64,000 nucleotides of DNA from an uncultured Actinomycetes bacterium (GTDB lineage Bacteria; Actinomycetota; Geothermincolia; Fen-727; JACVIW01), in the NCBI GenBank assembly GCA_937127245.1, contig CAKZLU010000029.1, positions 67,502-131,501 of the forward strand, given 5' to 3'. Position 1 is the first letter of the stretch. Each line of letters starts with the position of its first letter. A model generated the notes under the pieces. That model was not told the DNA's origin. It saw nothing but the letters and a program-made list of their open reading frames with translations, and made no database searches. Positions 19,312 to 29,400 of this stretch are shown here, piece by piece. A program made the translations under genes and the position numbers.

Positions 19312-20004
19312 CTATGAATAGGGTAGAACCCAGATCTCGCTTGTTTCGGGCATGGCCTCACGCGTAATCGAAACGGGCCTTTTTTCTATTCTCTTTACCG
19401 GGAAGGGCGCCCTTTCTATGAATTCATCTATTTTCTCTAAAGGTATCGTGCAGGATGGAGTGCTATAATGCATCGGTATCAATATTTTCGGGCTGAGTTC
19501 ACTGGCGAGTTTAGCGGCCTGTCCGGCGTCAATTGTAAATACGCCTCCAACCGGCATCATCACCACGTCAAGACCCTCGATTTTCTTCACCACCTCCGGG
19601 GAGGGATGTTCACCGAGGTCTCCCAGGTGCGCGACGTCATAACCGGCTTGATTCCAATGATAGATGATGTTTGGGCCTCTTTCGCGACCTCCCTTGGTGT
19701 CGTGGAAAGAACTGATGCCTTCAATTTGGATGCTCTCAAACGAATGGGTGCCGCTCGAATCGATTATTTGTGGATTCCCCGCGATACCCTTGGTGTAATT
19801 GTGGTCGAAGTGGTCATGGCTTATAAGAACAAGGTCAGCAGCCACCGGGTTATATTTGTAACCTGTCTGCGGCGACGTCGGATCGCATACAATTTTGAGT
19901 CCGCCTCCCGAGATTAGAAACATGGCCTGACCAAACCAGGTGATTTCGAGCCCATCGATCTCAGACATCTTCCTAACCCCCTTTTGGTGAGAGCTGAACA
20001 ACAT
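19312..20004 (-). CDS. MBL-fold metallo-hydrolase
   Basis: HDHFDH (HxHxDH) motif plus downstream His/Asp ligands. An alternative start at the internal Met (19968) is possible. Confidence 0.7.
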   Translation of the reverse strand: MLFSSHQKGVRKMSEIDGLEITWFGQAMFLISGGGLKIVCDPTSPQTGYKYNPVAADLVLISHDHFDHNYTKGIAGNPQIIDSSGTHSFESIQIEGISSFHDTKGGRERGPNIIYHWNQAGYDVAHLGDLGEHPSPEVVKKIEGLDVVMMPVGGVFTIDAGQAAKLASELSPKILIPMHYSTPSCTIPLEKIDEFIERAPFPVKRIEKRPVSITREAMPETSEIWVLPYS

Positions 20005-20190
20005 AAATGATACACCTTGAAGCCAGTGTTAGTTAGGTTTTTCCACAACCAATTTCGCGCCGTTTTTTGACCTGTTAATATCGTCGCATAATTGGATTTC
20101 ATAGGTTCTAATTCCGCTTCGCTATGAGCCTAAATGGGTGATATGCGAGTATAGAATTACAGTTGCGAGGATGTTTGAAGGAGGTTACCG

Positions 20191-20937
20191 GTGGAACTCG
20201 AAGGGAAAAACATTATTGTTACAGGTTCATCTCGCGGAATAGGAAAAGCCATTGCGCTTGATCTTGCGTCTCACGGGTGTGGGGTGGTGGTCAACTGTCT
20301 ACGGAGGGTTGACCTCGCCCGAGAAGTCGCAAGAGAGGTGGAAAATTCAGGCTCACGGGCAGTTGTTGTTCAGGCTGACGTTTCGACCGAGGAGGGGGCG
20401 CGAAAACTCATTGAGGAGGGAATCGGGCACTTCGGTAAGATCCATGGACTTGTTAACAACGCAGGGGTTGCTCACCTTCGTGCAATTGAGACAATGGATA
20501 GAGAAACGCTTATAAGTGTTCTTGAGGCTGACCTCGCATCGGTATTTTACACTTCGAGGTTTGCGGTGGAGCACATGGTTCGGGAGGGGATTAAAGGGGT
20601 AATTGTCAATGTATCCTCCATTGTTGGAATGATAGGAATGCGTGGTGCAACAGCGTATGCGGCCGCCAAAGCAGGTCTCAATGGATTTACCGTTTGCTTG
20701 GCAAGAGAGGTCGCGAGATACGGAATAAGGGTAAACGGTGTGGCTCCTGGATACGTGAAAACGGAGATGATAGCAGACTGGCCAAAAGAGCATTTCGATA
20801 AGGTCATCCCCCGGATACCCATGCGCAGGCTTGCCGAGCCTCATGAGGTGGCGGAGGTTGTTAGCTTCCTCATCGGTTCAGGAACCTATATTACCGGGCA
20901 AACCATTATAGTGGACGGGGGCATCATGATTGACTGA
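20191..20937 (+). CDS. SDR-family oxidoreductase, FabG-like 3-oxoacyl reductase
   Basis: TGSSRGIG and NNAG motifs and a YxxxK pair (YAAAK). GTG start with an AAGGAGG RBS. Confidence 0.8.
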   Translation: MELEGKNIIVTGSSRGIGKAIALDLASHGCGVVVNCLRRVDLAREVAREVENSGSRAVVVQADVSTEEGARKLIEEGIGHFGKIHGLVNNAGVAHLRAIETMDRETLISVLEADLASVFYTSRFAVEHMVREGIKGVIVNVSSIVGMIGMRGATAYAAAKAGLNGFTVCLAREVARYGIRVNGVAPGYVKTEMIADWPKEHFDKVIPRIPMRRLAEPHEVAEVVSFLIGSGTYITGQTIIVDGGIMID

Positions 20938-20997
20938 CGCCCCCGCTCCACCTTTATTAAATTTTCTCGTTTTTTCTGACCTGTTTTCTTCTTCGAA

Positions 20998-23900
20998 TCA
21001 ATAGGAGAAAGCGACCGAAGAGTGAGCCCAGGTCCTCTCATCTCCGTACATAGCCCGCTCGCAAATGATGCTTCCGCCTGTGGATTCGACTTTGGTTGAC
21101 ACGTTGTATGTGGTCACGAATTGTCCTATGTCGAACGTCTTCCTCGAGTTTGCGGGTATCTCAACGCTCTGGAGTTCGTGAGGTTTAACCGCGCCGTCTT
21201 CGGTCATGAGGGTCAGGTTCACTCTTACGCTTCTGTTATTCGGGTTGGCCACCAGTACCCATGTCTCCATGCCGCCTGCTGTCGAGCCCTCCGCGAGATA
21301 CCAGGTTGCCGAAGGAGCTGTGACTCCCACCGAAGAGTGAGCCCAGGTCCTCTCATCTCCGTACATAGCCCGCTCGCAAATGATGCTTCCGCCTGTGGAT
21401 TCGACTTTGGTTGACACGTTGTATGTGGTCACGAATTGTCCTATGTCGAACGTCTTCCTCGAGTTTGCGGGTATCTCAACGCTCTGGAGTTCGTGAGGTT
21501 TAACCGCGCCGTCTTCGGTCATGAGGGTCAGGTTCACTCTTACGCTTCTGTTATTCGGGTTGGCCACCAGTACCCATGTCTCCATGCCGCCTGCTGTCGA
21601 GCCCTCCGCGAGATACCAGGTTGAGGCTTTTGGCTTACCGGGTTTTGGCGGTGGTGTGGGAACTTCGCTTTGCAAGACCTCGAAGCCTTGCGCTTTTCGC
21701 CCGGTCTTGCCATCCGGATTTTCGACAACCACATCCCACTTGCCTGCCTGGGCGCCCTTCAGTTTGAAGCGGCAGGTTATTTTCGTATCGGATACAACAT
21801 CCACGCCCTCTCCCTGTATCGGAGATAAGCCTGATTTCTCAAGCCTTACCCGGGCTCCCGACTTGAAGCCCGTGCCCGCAAGATTCGTTATCTCCACGTA
21901 GCCGTCGTTTAGCCCTGAGGAGGGCGTAATGGAGATTACCACCGGTGCAGGAGTCTCAATTACCTCGAAGCCTTGCGCTTTTCGCCCGGTCTTGCCATCC
22001 GGATTTTCGACAACCACATCCCACTTGCCTGCCTGGGCGCCCTTCAGTTTGAAGCGGCAGGTTATTTTCGTATCGGATACAACATCCACGCCCTCTCCCT
22101 GTATCGGAGATAAGCCTGATTTCTCAAGCCTTACCCGGGCTCCCGACTTGAAGCCCGTGCCCGCAAGATTCGTTATCTCCACGTAGCCGTCGTTTAGCCC
22201 TGAGGAGGGCGTAATGGAGAGAATTTCGGGGTTCTCGTTCCATGTGTAGATCGGGTTCGTTATCGCCACTTCCCAGCCGAGTTGCGTAAGCTGGATGATG
22301 TTTGTTATTGGATTTGCTCCCGGGTCCACCGCGAGGTGGTGAAGTTGAGCCCTATAATAATCGCCTCTCTTTGGCACATCGAAGAATGTGTACTCGAAAC
22401 TATCCGAGCATGCCCATTTGATTTTGAATATCTCCCCGTTCTTGAAGACTATGAGGAGAGGCGGAAGTATGCCAGTGATGCCGGAAGCTCCGGTCACTTT
22501 TACGAGGAATTTCGCTGGTCTGCGAAGCGCTTCGTGCGGAATCGTATCGCCCATCATGAGGCTGTAGGAATCGGGATCTGACTCTGAATACGCGGGCGCC
22601 GCCTTGAACTCTACTTTAGGTCCTTGAGGCTGCAGGCTTATGAAAGCCCTCCCCGCCTTCAGAGCGTCAAGAATGTCGGTCGCGCTTCTGGAACTAGAAA
22701 ATACCCAGGTCGTGGGAATTCCGATATTGTGGTACAGGGTTTGAAGGAAACTTTTTAGATTGTCTGTTCTTTGGGCGTGACTGTCACTTCCGCCAACCAT
22801 GGAGATTTTTCTTCCCTGTTTGACGTAATCGTTATGAATGATGTAAACGGAAGCGTGATTGAAGTTCGGCCAGAAGTAGCGTGAATTCCAAACTTCCATG
22901 GTGTCGGCATCTTTGCTTTCCTCAAACGGGTAAAGCCACAGACAGCACGGTGAACTGGGATGATTTATTGAAATGATTATCCTTTGCCCCGGTTCAGCAA
23001 GCGAGTGTGCGATCCTAATTGCCTCTTGAGCGTTTCCCTCACCCTCGAGCGTAGGTTCTATCGCCGACCAATCAAAAGGCCTGTCGGAGATAATGTTTGC
23101 GTGTCCCCTCGATGTGGTCCATTCAACCCCGTAAAGCAAGGTAAGGATATCTGAGTGAAAACCGGGGTCGTTCCATTGCCCGACGACGTTATGGTCTGTG
23201 AGCGCGAAATAATCAAGTCCCTGACTTTCGGCAGTTGAGATGACATTGCTTACGTCTGAGTCCCCATCGCTATAAGTCGAATGTGCGTGAAGATCGCCTT
23301 TAAGCCACTGTCCCTCAAGCGGGGGAATCGCGCTCATCTTGAGATTGACCCACACTGGTGCCGTCACCGCAAGCTGGACGTCGTGGTCCGGATCATCGTC
23401 GTTGCTGTCCTCGCCTGTGACGCGGACGAAGTAGTAAGATGAATAGAACGCGCTAACGGTGGGGTTCCATGAAACGACCTTTGTTCCGGGCTCGAATTCC
23501 CTTAAAGCAGCGGTCTCCCCCCCATTTGTTATGACTTCGATCTTTTTTATGTCTTCATCATCCTCAACGAAGATGTTCAACTTCACTGAACCGGGATCGA
23601 CTTCGACGCTTGATCCCATCCAAGCGTCCCCACATTTAAGCGCGATTCTCATGTTCGGGTCATCCGTTGAATAGACACGCCTGCTGTTCATCGCCTCAAG
23701 GATGGCTGGCCTGGAAAGCGATGTCGCGATAACTGCCGTCCTGTGGCTGTTCGTTTCCAGAGTGTTGTTGTCTTGGTTGGCAGTCGGCGCGAGCCGCCAT
23801 CCAGTATCGAGGGCTTGTATGTAGTACTTGTGAAACTCCCCGATAGTGTTTCCGGAATCCTTGTTACCTGTCTCGATTGCCCAGACAAGAGATGCTGGCA

Positions 23901-24465
23901 TTTCGGTGGGATACCTCAGGTTTCTGAACAGCCACGGTTCCCTTCCAGGGTGATTGAACTGAGCAATCCCCCCGCTTTGCTTAAGCCATCGGTAAAACTG
24001 CGAGAGAAGAAAGTTCTGGAATATATTCGTAAACGTTGCCGTGTTATAGACATTGATATGTCCGAGTATGGGGTTGCTCCACTCAAACCCTCTCATCGCC
24101 ACGAACACGCCGTCAACGTTGTGCGCGTCGGCAGCGGCACCGGTTTCATCCCACTCTTCCTGGGTCAGGTATTCCGCATTGTCTGTTACCGCATAGAAGT
24201 CATAGCCGGCTTCGTATCTCGCCCATGTGAAAGCTTCGTCAGGTGTGCCCTGACCGTCGGAATAGTTCGTATGGCTGTGGAAGTTGCCGAAGTAAACGTT
24301 CATTCCATTGAAAATGCCAGTATCGGGCGGCGTCTTTACCTCTCCGCCGTTCGATTTGTTCGGAGCGCCGTATGCAGGTAGTGCGAAAAATGAGGCGGTC
24401 AGTAGAATAATAAGGATGAAGGCGACGAATCTGTCTGACAGCCGACGGGTCAATTTCATGTCCAA
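20998..24465 (-). CDS. Large secreted multidomain protein: signal peptide, two PHP (polymerase/histidinol-phosphatase-like metallo-phosphoesterase) domains, two identical IPT/TIG-like repeats, a Pro/Lys linker, and two identical WYLAEGST beta-sandwich repeats
   Basis: The N-terminal signal-like segment ends at ALPAYG-A. PHP metal motifs are HSHTNYSDG and LHAHSTYSDG. The C-terminal repeats are seen at both protein and DNA level. Confidence 0.6.
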   Translation of the reverse strand: MDMKLTRRLSDRFVAFILIILLTASFFALPAYGAPNKSNGGEVKTPPDTGIFNGMNVYFGNFHSHTNYSDGQGTPDEAFTWARYEAGYDFYAVTDNAEYLTQEEWDETGAAADAHNVDGVFVAMRGFEWSNPILGHINVYNTATFTNIFQNFLLSQFYRWLKQSGGIAQFNHPGREPWLFRNLRYPTEMPASLVWAIETGNKDSGNTIGEFHKYYIQALDTGWRLAPTANQDNNTLETNSHRTAVIATSLSRPAILEAMNSRRVYSTDDPNMRIALKCGDAWMGSSVEVDPGSVKLNIFVEDDEDIKKIEVITNGGETAALREFEPGTKVVSWNPTVSAFYSSYYFVRVTGEDSNDDDPDHDVQLAVTAPVWVNLKMSAIPPLEGQWLKGDLHAHSTYSDGDSDVSNVISTAESQGLDYFALTDHNVVGQWNDPGFHSDILTLLYGVEWTTSRGHANIISDRPFDWSAIEPTLEGEGNAQEAIRIAHSLAEPGQRIIISINHPSSPCCLWLYPFEESKDADTMEVWNSRYFWPNFNHASVYIIHNDYVKQGRKISMVGGSDSHAQRTDNLKSFLQTLYHNIGIPTTWVFSSSRSATDILDALKAGRAFISLQPQGPKVEFKAAPAYSESDPDSYSLMMGDTIPHEALRRPAKFLVKVTGASGITGILPPLLIVFKNGEIFKIKWACSDSFEYTFFDVPKRGDYYRAQLHHLAVDPGANPITNIIQLTQLGWEVAITNPIYTWNENPEILSITPSSGLNDGYVEITNLAGTGFKSGARVRLEKSGLSPIQGEGVDVVSDTKITCRFKLKGAQAGKWDVVVENPDGKTGRKAQGFEVIETPAPVVISITPSSGLNDGYVEITNLAGTGFKSGARVRLEKSGLSPIQGEGVDVVSDTKITCRFKLKGAQAGKWDVVVENPDGKTGRKAQGFEVLQSEVPTPPPKPGKPKASTWYLAEGSTAGGMETWVLVANPNNRSVRVNLTLMTEDGAVKPHELQSVEIPANSRKTFDIGQFVTTYNVSTKVESTGGSIICERAMYGDERTWAHSSVGVTAPSATWYLAEGSTAGGMETWVLVANPNNRSVRVNLTLMTEDGAVKPHELQSVEIPANSRKTFDIGQFVTTYNVSTKVESTGGSIICERAMYGDERTWAHSSVAFSY
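21013..21623. repeat. Nucleotide-identical tandem repeat, about 1.9 copies of a 315-bp unit (encodes the WYLAEGST... repeats on the minus strand)
   Basis: Direct comparison shows 21016.. matches 21331.. exactly. The identical plus-strand shadow ORFs 21121..21414 and 21436..21624 confirm this. Confidence 0.9.
21678..22225. repeat. Nucleotide-identical tandem repeat, about 1.9 copies of a 285-bp unit (encodes the IPT/TIG-like ITPSSGLNDGYVEITNLAGTGFKSG... repeats)
   Basis: Direct comparison shows 21681.. matches 21966.. exactly. Shadow ORFs 21521..21901 and 21929..22186 share identical C-terminal 72 aa. Confidence 0.9.
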
Positions 24466-24650
24466 TCACCCCCGCGATGATAAAACATCGAAATAAGCGA
24501 AAAATTACGGCAGACGAGGGAAAAATGAATGGCTTTGCACGCCTTTAGATCCGACTATCACCAATTCGTTTCAATCCTCCCGTCTGAAGCAAAGCAAATA
24601 TATATCATGAAAATGTTTTTTTCAACCATAAAGGACCTAAGGAGGAGAAC

Positions 24651-24767
24651 ATGAACAATACTCGCTCGGCAGGAAGAGCGCTAAAGCCTCAAGTTGTTTG
24701 TTATGGGCAATTCGCCGGAAAGATGACATCGGGGGTTTGCGAGAGAATTTTGGGCATCTTCGTATAA
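24651..24767 (+). CDS. Candidate small ORF (38 aa, MNNTRSAGRALKPQVVCYGQFAGKMTSGVCERILGIFV) upstream of hdrC
   Basis: A strong SD, TAAGGAGGAGAAC, sits immediately before the ATG in the divergent promoter region. It is below the ORF-track length cut-off. Confidence 0.3.
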   Translation: MNNTRSAGRALKPQVVCYGQFAGKMTSGVCERILGIFV

Positions 24768-24941
24768 TGTTTTTGGCGCTCCAGACTTTACGGTTTGAAA
24801 CGGTTCTAAAGCCAATTCGAGACTAAAACATGGACATGTTTCACATTGAGTGGTAAAAATCTCTTGATTTTTTCATAAAATGAAACTTAAAATGACTAAT
24901 GAGTCAATATTGGTATCGATTCTTTTTATTGGGAGTAAAGG

Positions 24942-25487
24942 ATGCCTGATTCTGTTACTACGATTGAAAAGGAGATAGGAAAAAGAATCGGCGAAAAGCC
25001 ATGGCTCTGCTATCAATGCAAGAAGTGCACCGCAGGATGTCCTGTTTCCTTCGCGATGGACCTTATGCCTCATGAAATCATGAACCTTCTGCGCTGGAGC
25101 GCCAGCGACAGGATACTCGCTTCTTCGACAATCTGGCTTTGCGCCTCTTGTGAGACGTGTTCGGTTCGCTGTCCCAACGGAATTGACATCGCGGGTGTGA
25201 TGGACGCGCTCCGATCCATCTCTATCGATAAGCATTACCGTCCTGGCGAACCGCTCGTAACCGCGTTTCACCGCTCTTTTCTCGCAGGGATAATGGGCGC
25301 GGGAAGAACAAACGAACCTGTTTTGATCGGTATTTACAAAATTCTGAGCGGGCGCCTGCTGGATGACATCGGTCTCGGGGTAAAAATGATTCTGAAGAGA
25401 AAGATCAAACCCGTGCCCCGATTTGTGAAAGACAGGGCTGCGATCCGCAGAATCTTCAGGGAAGCGAAAGCCCGGAGGACGAAATGA
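24942..25487 (+). CDS. hdrC: Heterodisulfide reductase subunit C-like (two [4Fe-4S] clusters)
   Basis: CYQCKKCTAGCP and CASCETCSVRCP motifs. Its stop overlaps the hdrB start (ATGA). Confidence 0.8.
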   Translation: MPDSVTTIEKEIGKRIGEKPWLCYQCKKCTAGCPVSFAMDLMPHEIMNLLRWSASDRILASSTIWLCASCETCSVRCPNGIDIAGVMDALRSISIDKHYRPGEPLVTAFHRSFLAGIMGAGRTNEPVLIGIYKILSGRLLDDIGLGVKMILKRKIKPVPRFVKDRAAIRRIFREAKARRTK

Positions 25488-26362
25488 GTCTGAAATACGC
25501 TTATTTTCCAGGATGTTCCCAGGTGAGTTCCGCCGAAGAATACGGGCTTTCGACAGAGGCGGTATGCGAGTCGCTCGGGATTGAGCTTGTAGAACTCGAC
25601 GACTGGAACTGCTGTGGTGCCTCGTCCGCCCACATGACCGACGAGTTCCTTTCCGCCGCTCTACCCGGTCGGAATCTTGCGATCGCGAGAGAAACGGGTC
25701 TGGATTTGCTTACGGTTTGCGCCGCCTGCTACTCGCGGCTCACCATGTCCAACGCAAAGATTAAAAGTGACGACGCCCTACGTGAACGAATAGAGCGGGC
25801 AGTGGGCGCTGACCCTCGTTTCGAGGGGAAGGTACGGCATTTGCTCGACGTTATAGTGAATGACGTGGGTATTCCCCAAATAAAAAAATTTGTGAAAAAT
25901 GACCTTTCAAGCATCAAGGCCGTTCCTTATTACGGTTGTCTTCTGGTCAGACCTCGGGAAGTTTGCTTTTGTGATTCTGCGGAAAATCCCACTGAACTCG
26001 ACCTTCTTATTTCCGCTCTGGGTTTAGAGGTTAGGCAATGGTCTTATAAAACGGACTGTTGCGGGGGTAGTCTTTCACTTTCGAGGAATGATATTGTGCA
26101 GAGGCTTGTGAACCGCATATTCGAGCGCGCTGTTGAGGCAGGCGCTGATTTGATCGTTACCGCATGTCCCATGTGTCTTGCCAATCTAGAGATGCGACAG
26201 AAACCTGGAAAGCTGAGGTTCGAGCAGGTTTTCACCGTGCCGGTTCTTTATTTCACCGAACTTATTGGTCTTGCCATGGGACTTGACGGTTGGGAGAAAT
26301 GGCTTGGCGCTCATCTCATAGATCCATTTCCAGTCCTTAAAAAGATAGAAGCTCTCTCGTAG
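25484..26362 (+). CDS. hdrB: Heterodisulfide reductase subunit B-like (two CCG cysteine-rich domains)
   Basis: The N-terminal CCG domain has DWNCCGAS...CAACYSR. The C-terminal CCG domain has KTDCCGGS...CPMCLANL. Confidence 0.85.
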   Translation: MSLKYAYFPGCSQVSSAEEYGLSTEAVCESLGIELVELDDWNCCGASSAHMTDEFLSAALPGRNLAIARETGLDLLTVCAACYSRLTMSNAKIKSDDALRERIERAVGADPRFEGKVRHLLDVIVNDVGIPQIKKFVKNDLSSIKAVPYYGCLLVRPREVCFCDSAENPTELDLLISALGLEVRQWSYKTDCCGGSLSLSRNDIVQRLVNRIFERAVEAGADLIVTACPMCLANLEMRQKPGKLRFEQVFTVPVLYFTELIGLAMGLDGWEKWLGAHLIDPFPVLKKIEALS

Positions 26363-26498
26363 TATGCGGTTTCATTTGGAATTTTTGGATGTCGGTAAAG
26401 AGAAAATTGGCGCCGTGCCGATTCAAAGGTTTCTCCTTCTGGCCAAGTAATGTTGTGCGCCGAGCGTAATATTTGAGTTTTTCATATCGAGGTAAGCA

Positions 26499-29400
26499 AT
26501 GAACGGAAAAATTTACGAAACCCAAACTGAGGGAGGAAAATCAGAGCGTGTTTACAGCTCTAAACCGGTTGGGTCAGTGATGGTGATTGGGGGAGGAATA
26601 GCCGGCGTACAAGCATCTCTGGATTTAGCAGATCTCGGTTACAGGGTTTACCTTGTTGACTCCGCTCCTTCAATAGGCGGGGTAATGGGCCAGCTTGATA
26701 AGACGTTTCCCACGAACGACTGCTCTATGTGTATTCTCTCGCCTAAACTAGTCGAGGCGGGGTCTAACGACAACATCGAAATAATCACTCTTGCCGAGAT
26801 TATGGATATAACCGGAGAACCCGGGAACCTCGAGGTGATTCTTAAGAGGAACCCCAGGTTTGTGGATATTGACAAATGCACCGGTTGTGGAATATGCACG
26901 GAACACTGCCGAGTCAAGGTTAAAGATCCTTACAATGCGGGTCTTGCGCGGGTTCCGCTCATAAGAGTTCCATTCCCTCAAGCCGTGCCGGGCGCGGCTT
27001 TCATAGACCCGACCAAATGCCTCCAGATATTGAAGGGTAAATGCGGAGAATGCCAGAAATACTGCCCCGCTGGAGCGATAGATTTTTCCGACAAAGAAAG
27101 GACCGATAAGATTGAAGTTGGCTCGGTCATTATAGCATGCGGTTTCAGCCCTTTTGATCCCCACAAGACTGAGGAGTACGGATACGGAACCTATGAAAAC
27201 GTGATAACCAGCCTGGAGTTTGAGCGCATTCTCGCCGCCAATGGACCAACCGGTGGTCACATCTTGAGGCGCTCCGATTCACAATCAGCACAGAAGATAG
27301 CGTTCATTCAGTGCGTGGGCTCGAGGGATTCCAGGATCGGGAACACGTACTGCTCTTCTGTCTGCTGCATGTATGCCACCAAGCAGGCGATTATCGCCAG
27401 GGAGCACGACAGACGTATTCAATCCACCATTTTTTACATAGATTTTCGCGCCCACGGCAAGGGATTTGAGGAGTACCGCTCGAGAGCTGAGAATGAGCAC
27501 GGGGTGCGATACGTAAGGTGTCTTGTGTCTGCGGTGAAGGAGATGCAGCCTTCCAAGCGCCTGCTCCTTGTCTTCATAAACGAGGAGAATCAGTTTGTCG
27601 AGGAAGAGTTCGATCTTGTCGTGTTGAGTGTTGGCATAACGAGCGGGATTGATGCGCTGGCGACAAGACTCGGGATCCGGGTTAATTCCCACGGTTTTAT
27701 ACAAGTGCCGAAACCAGCCAGCTTGGAGACATCAAGACCGGGGGTATATGTTTGTGGAGCGGCTGAGGGTCCCAAAGACATACCGGAATCGGTAATCCAG
27801 GCAAGTGCGGCTGCCGGAAGCGCCTCCTCCTTGCTCTGCCCCTCGAGGGGTGAGCTAACGGTAAAAAGGGAGTATCCTCCCGAAAGGGACGTGCGAGGGG
27901 ATGAGCCGAGAATCGGAGCGATAATATGCCGCTGCGGAACTAACATTGGCGGCGTGGTTGATGTGCCTGCTGTGGTTGAGTACGCCAGAACTCTCCCGGG
28001 TGTGGTGTTTGCTGAAGAGAGGCTTTACGCGTGCAGTCAGGACGCGCAAGTATGGATAAAGGAAATAATCGAGAAGCATAAGCTAAACAGGCTTGTGGTT
28101 GCTTCATGCACCCCGAGGACTCACCAGCCTTTGTTCAGGGAGACTGTTCGTTTGGCGGGGCTCAATAAGTATCTGTTCGAGATGGCTAACATCAGGGAGC
28201 ACTGCTCCTGGGTTCATATGGATGAGCCAGGACTGGCGACTGAAAAAGCCAAGCAGCTGGTGCTGATTGCTGTTAAGAAAGCGTCCCTTCTTGAACCACT
28301 GGAAGAAGGGGTTTCTCCCGTTACGCCTGTCGCTTTGGTGATCGGCGGCGGTCCTGCGGGAATGTCAGCAGCCCTCAGGCTTGCCGATGCTGGTTTCAAG
28401 ACCCATCTTGTCGAGCAAGAGGAAGAGCTCGGCGGCAACATGAGGCATGTGAGGATGACCCTGGAAGGGGATAACGCGCGTGAAATACTCGAAGAAATGA
28501 TTCGATCTGTCATGAATCATCCCCTTGTGGAAGTTCATTTAACCTCGAAGGTTGCCTCCATTGAGGGCTACGTTGGGAGCTACACTTCAGTCATCGAGAA
28601 ATGCGCTAACTCAGCGGGGCGTTCAAACCCCGATATTGAATCGGCAAGTCTTGGTGATGATGTGTCCGAAGATGGGACCGTGAGAGTTGATCACGGCATA
28701 GTGGTGGTCGCTGTCGGCGCGGAGGAGTACAGGCCGAAATACGGCGAGTACATGTACGGTCTTGATCAAAGAGTGATAACGCAAACCGAGCTTGAGCGCC
28801 GGATTTTCGATGAGCCGGAATCACTGGAAGGTGTAAAGAACGTGGTGATGGTCCAGTGCGTGGGATCACGCAACGAGGAACATCCTTACTGCTCTCGGAT
28901 TTGCTGCGGGGTGACACTGAAAAACGCTTGCGAATTGAAGAAGTTTCTGCCCGGAGCGAATGTGACAATATGTTACAGGGATGTGAGGGCATATGGTTTC
29001 AACGAGGAAAAGTACCTTGACGCACGTGAGAGAGGAGTGAGGTTTGTCCGCTTCACACAGGAAGACCAACCTTCGGTAAGCGCGGCTATAGGAAGACTTG
29101 AGGTGGTCGTGAAAGACAGGAACATGCGCGATGAGGCAATCACCATTTTCCCGGACCTCCTCGTCCTTTCGTGCGGAATCGTGGCGCGCGGGGGATCGCG
29201 GGAACTTGCGTCCATGCTCAAGGTCCCCCTTACTTCTGATGGATTCTTCCTGGAAGCTCACGTGAAGCTGAGACCGATTGAGTTTGCGACCGATGGCATC
29301 TTTCTTGCGGGCATGGCGCATTATCCAAAAACGATCAGGGAGAGCATCGCCAGCGCCCAGGCCGCGGCCGCGAAGGCAGAAGCGGTTCTTTCGAAAGACA

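Noticed and set aside
21121-21624. Two plus-strand ORFs (21121..21414, 21436..21624) with identical protein sequences, plus 21521..21901 and 21929..22186 with identical C-termini
   Set aside because: They are antisense shadows of the tandem repeats inside the minus-strand 1155-aa gene, not independent genes.
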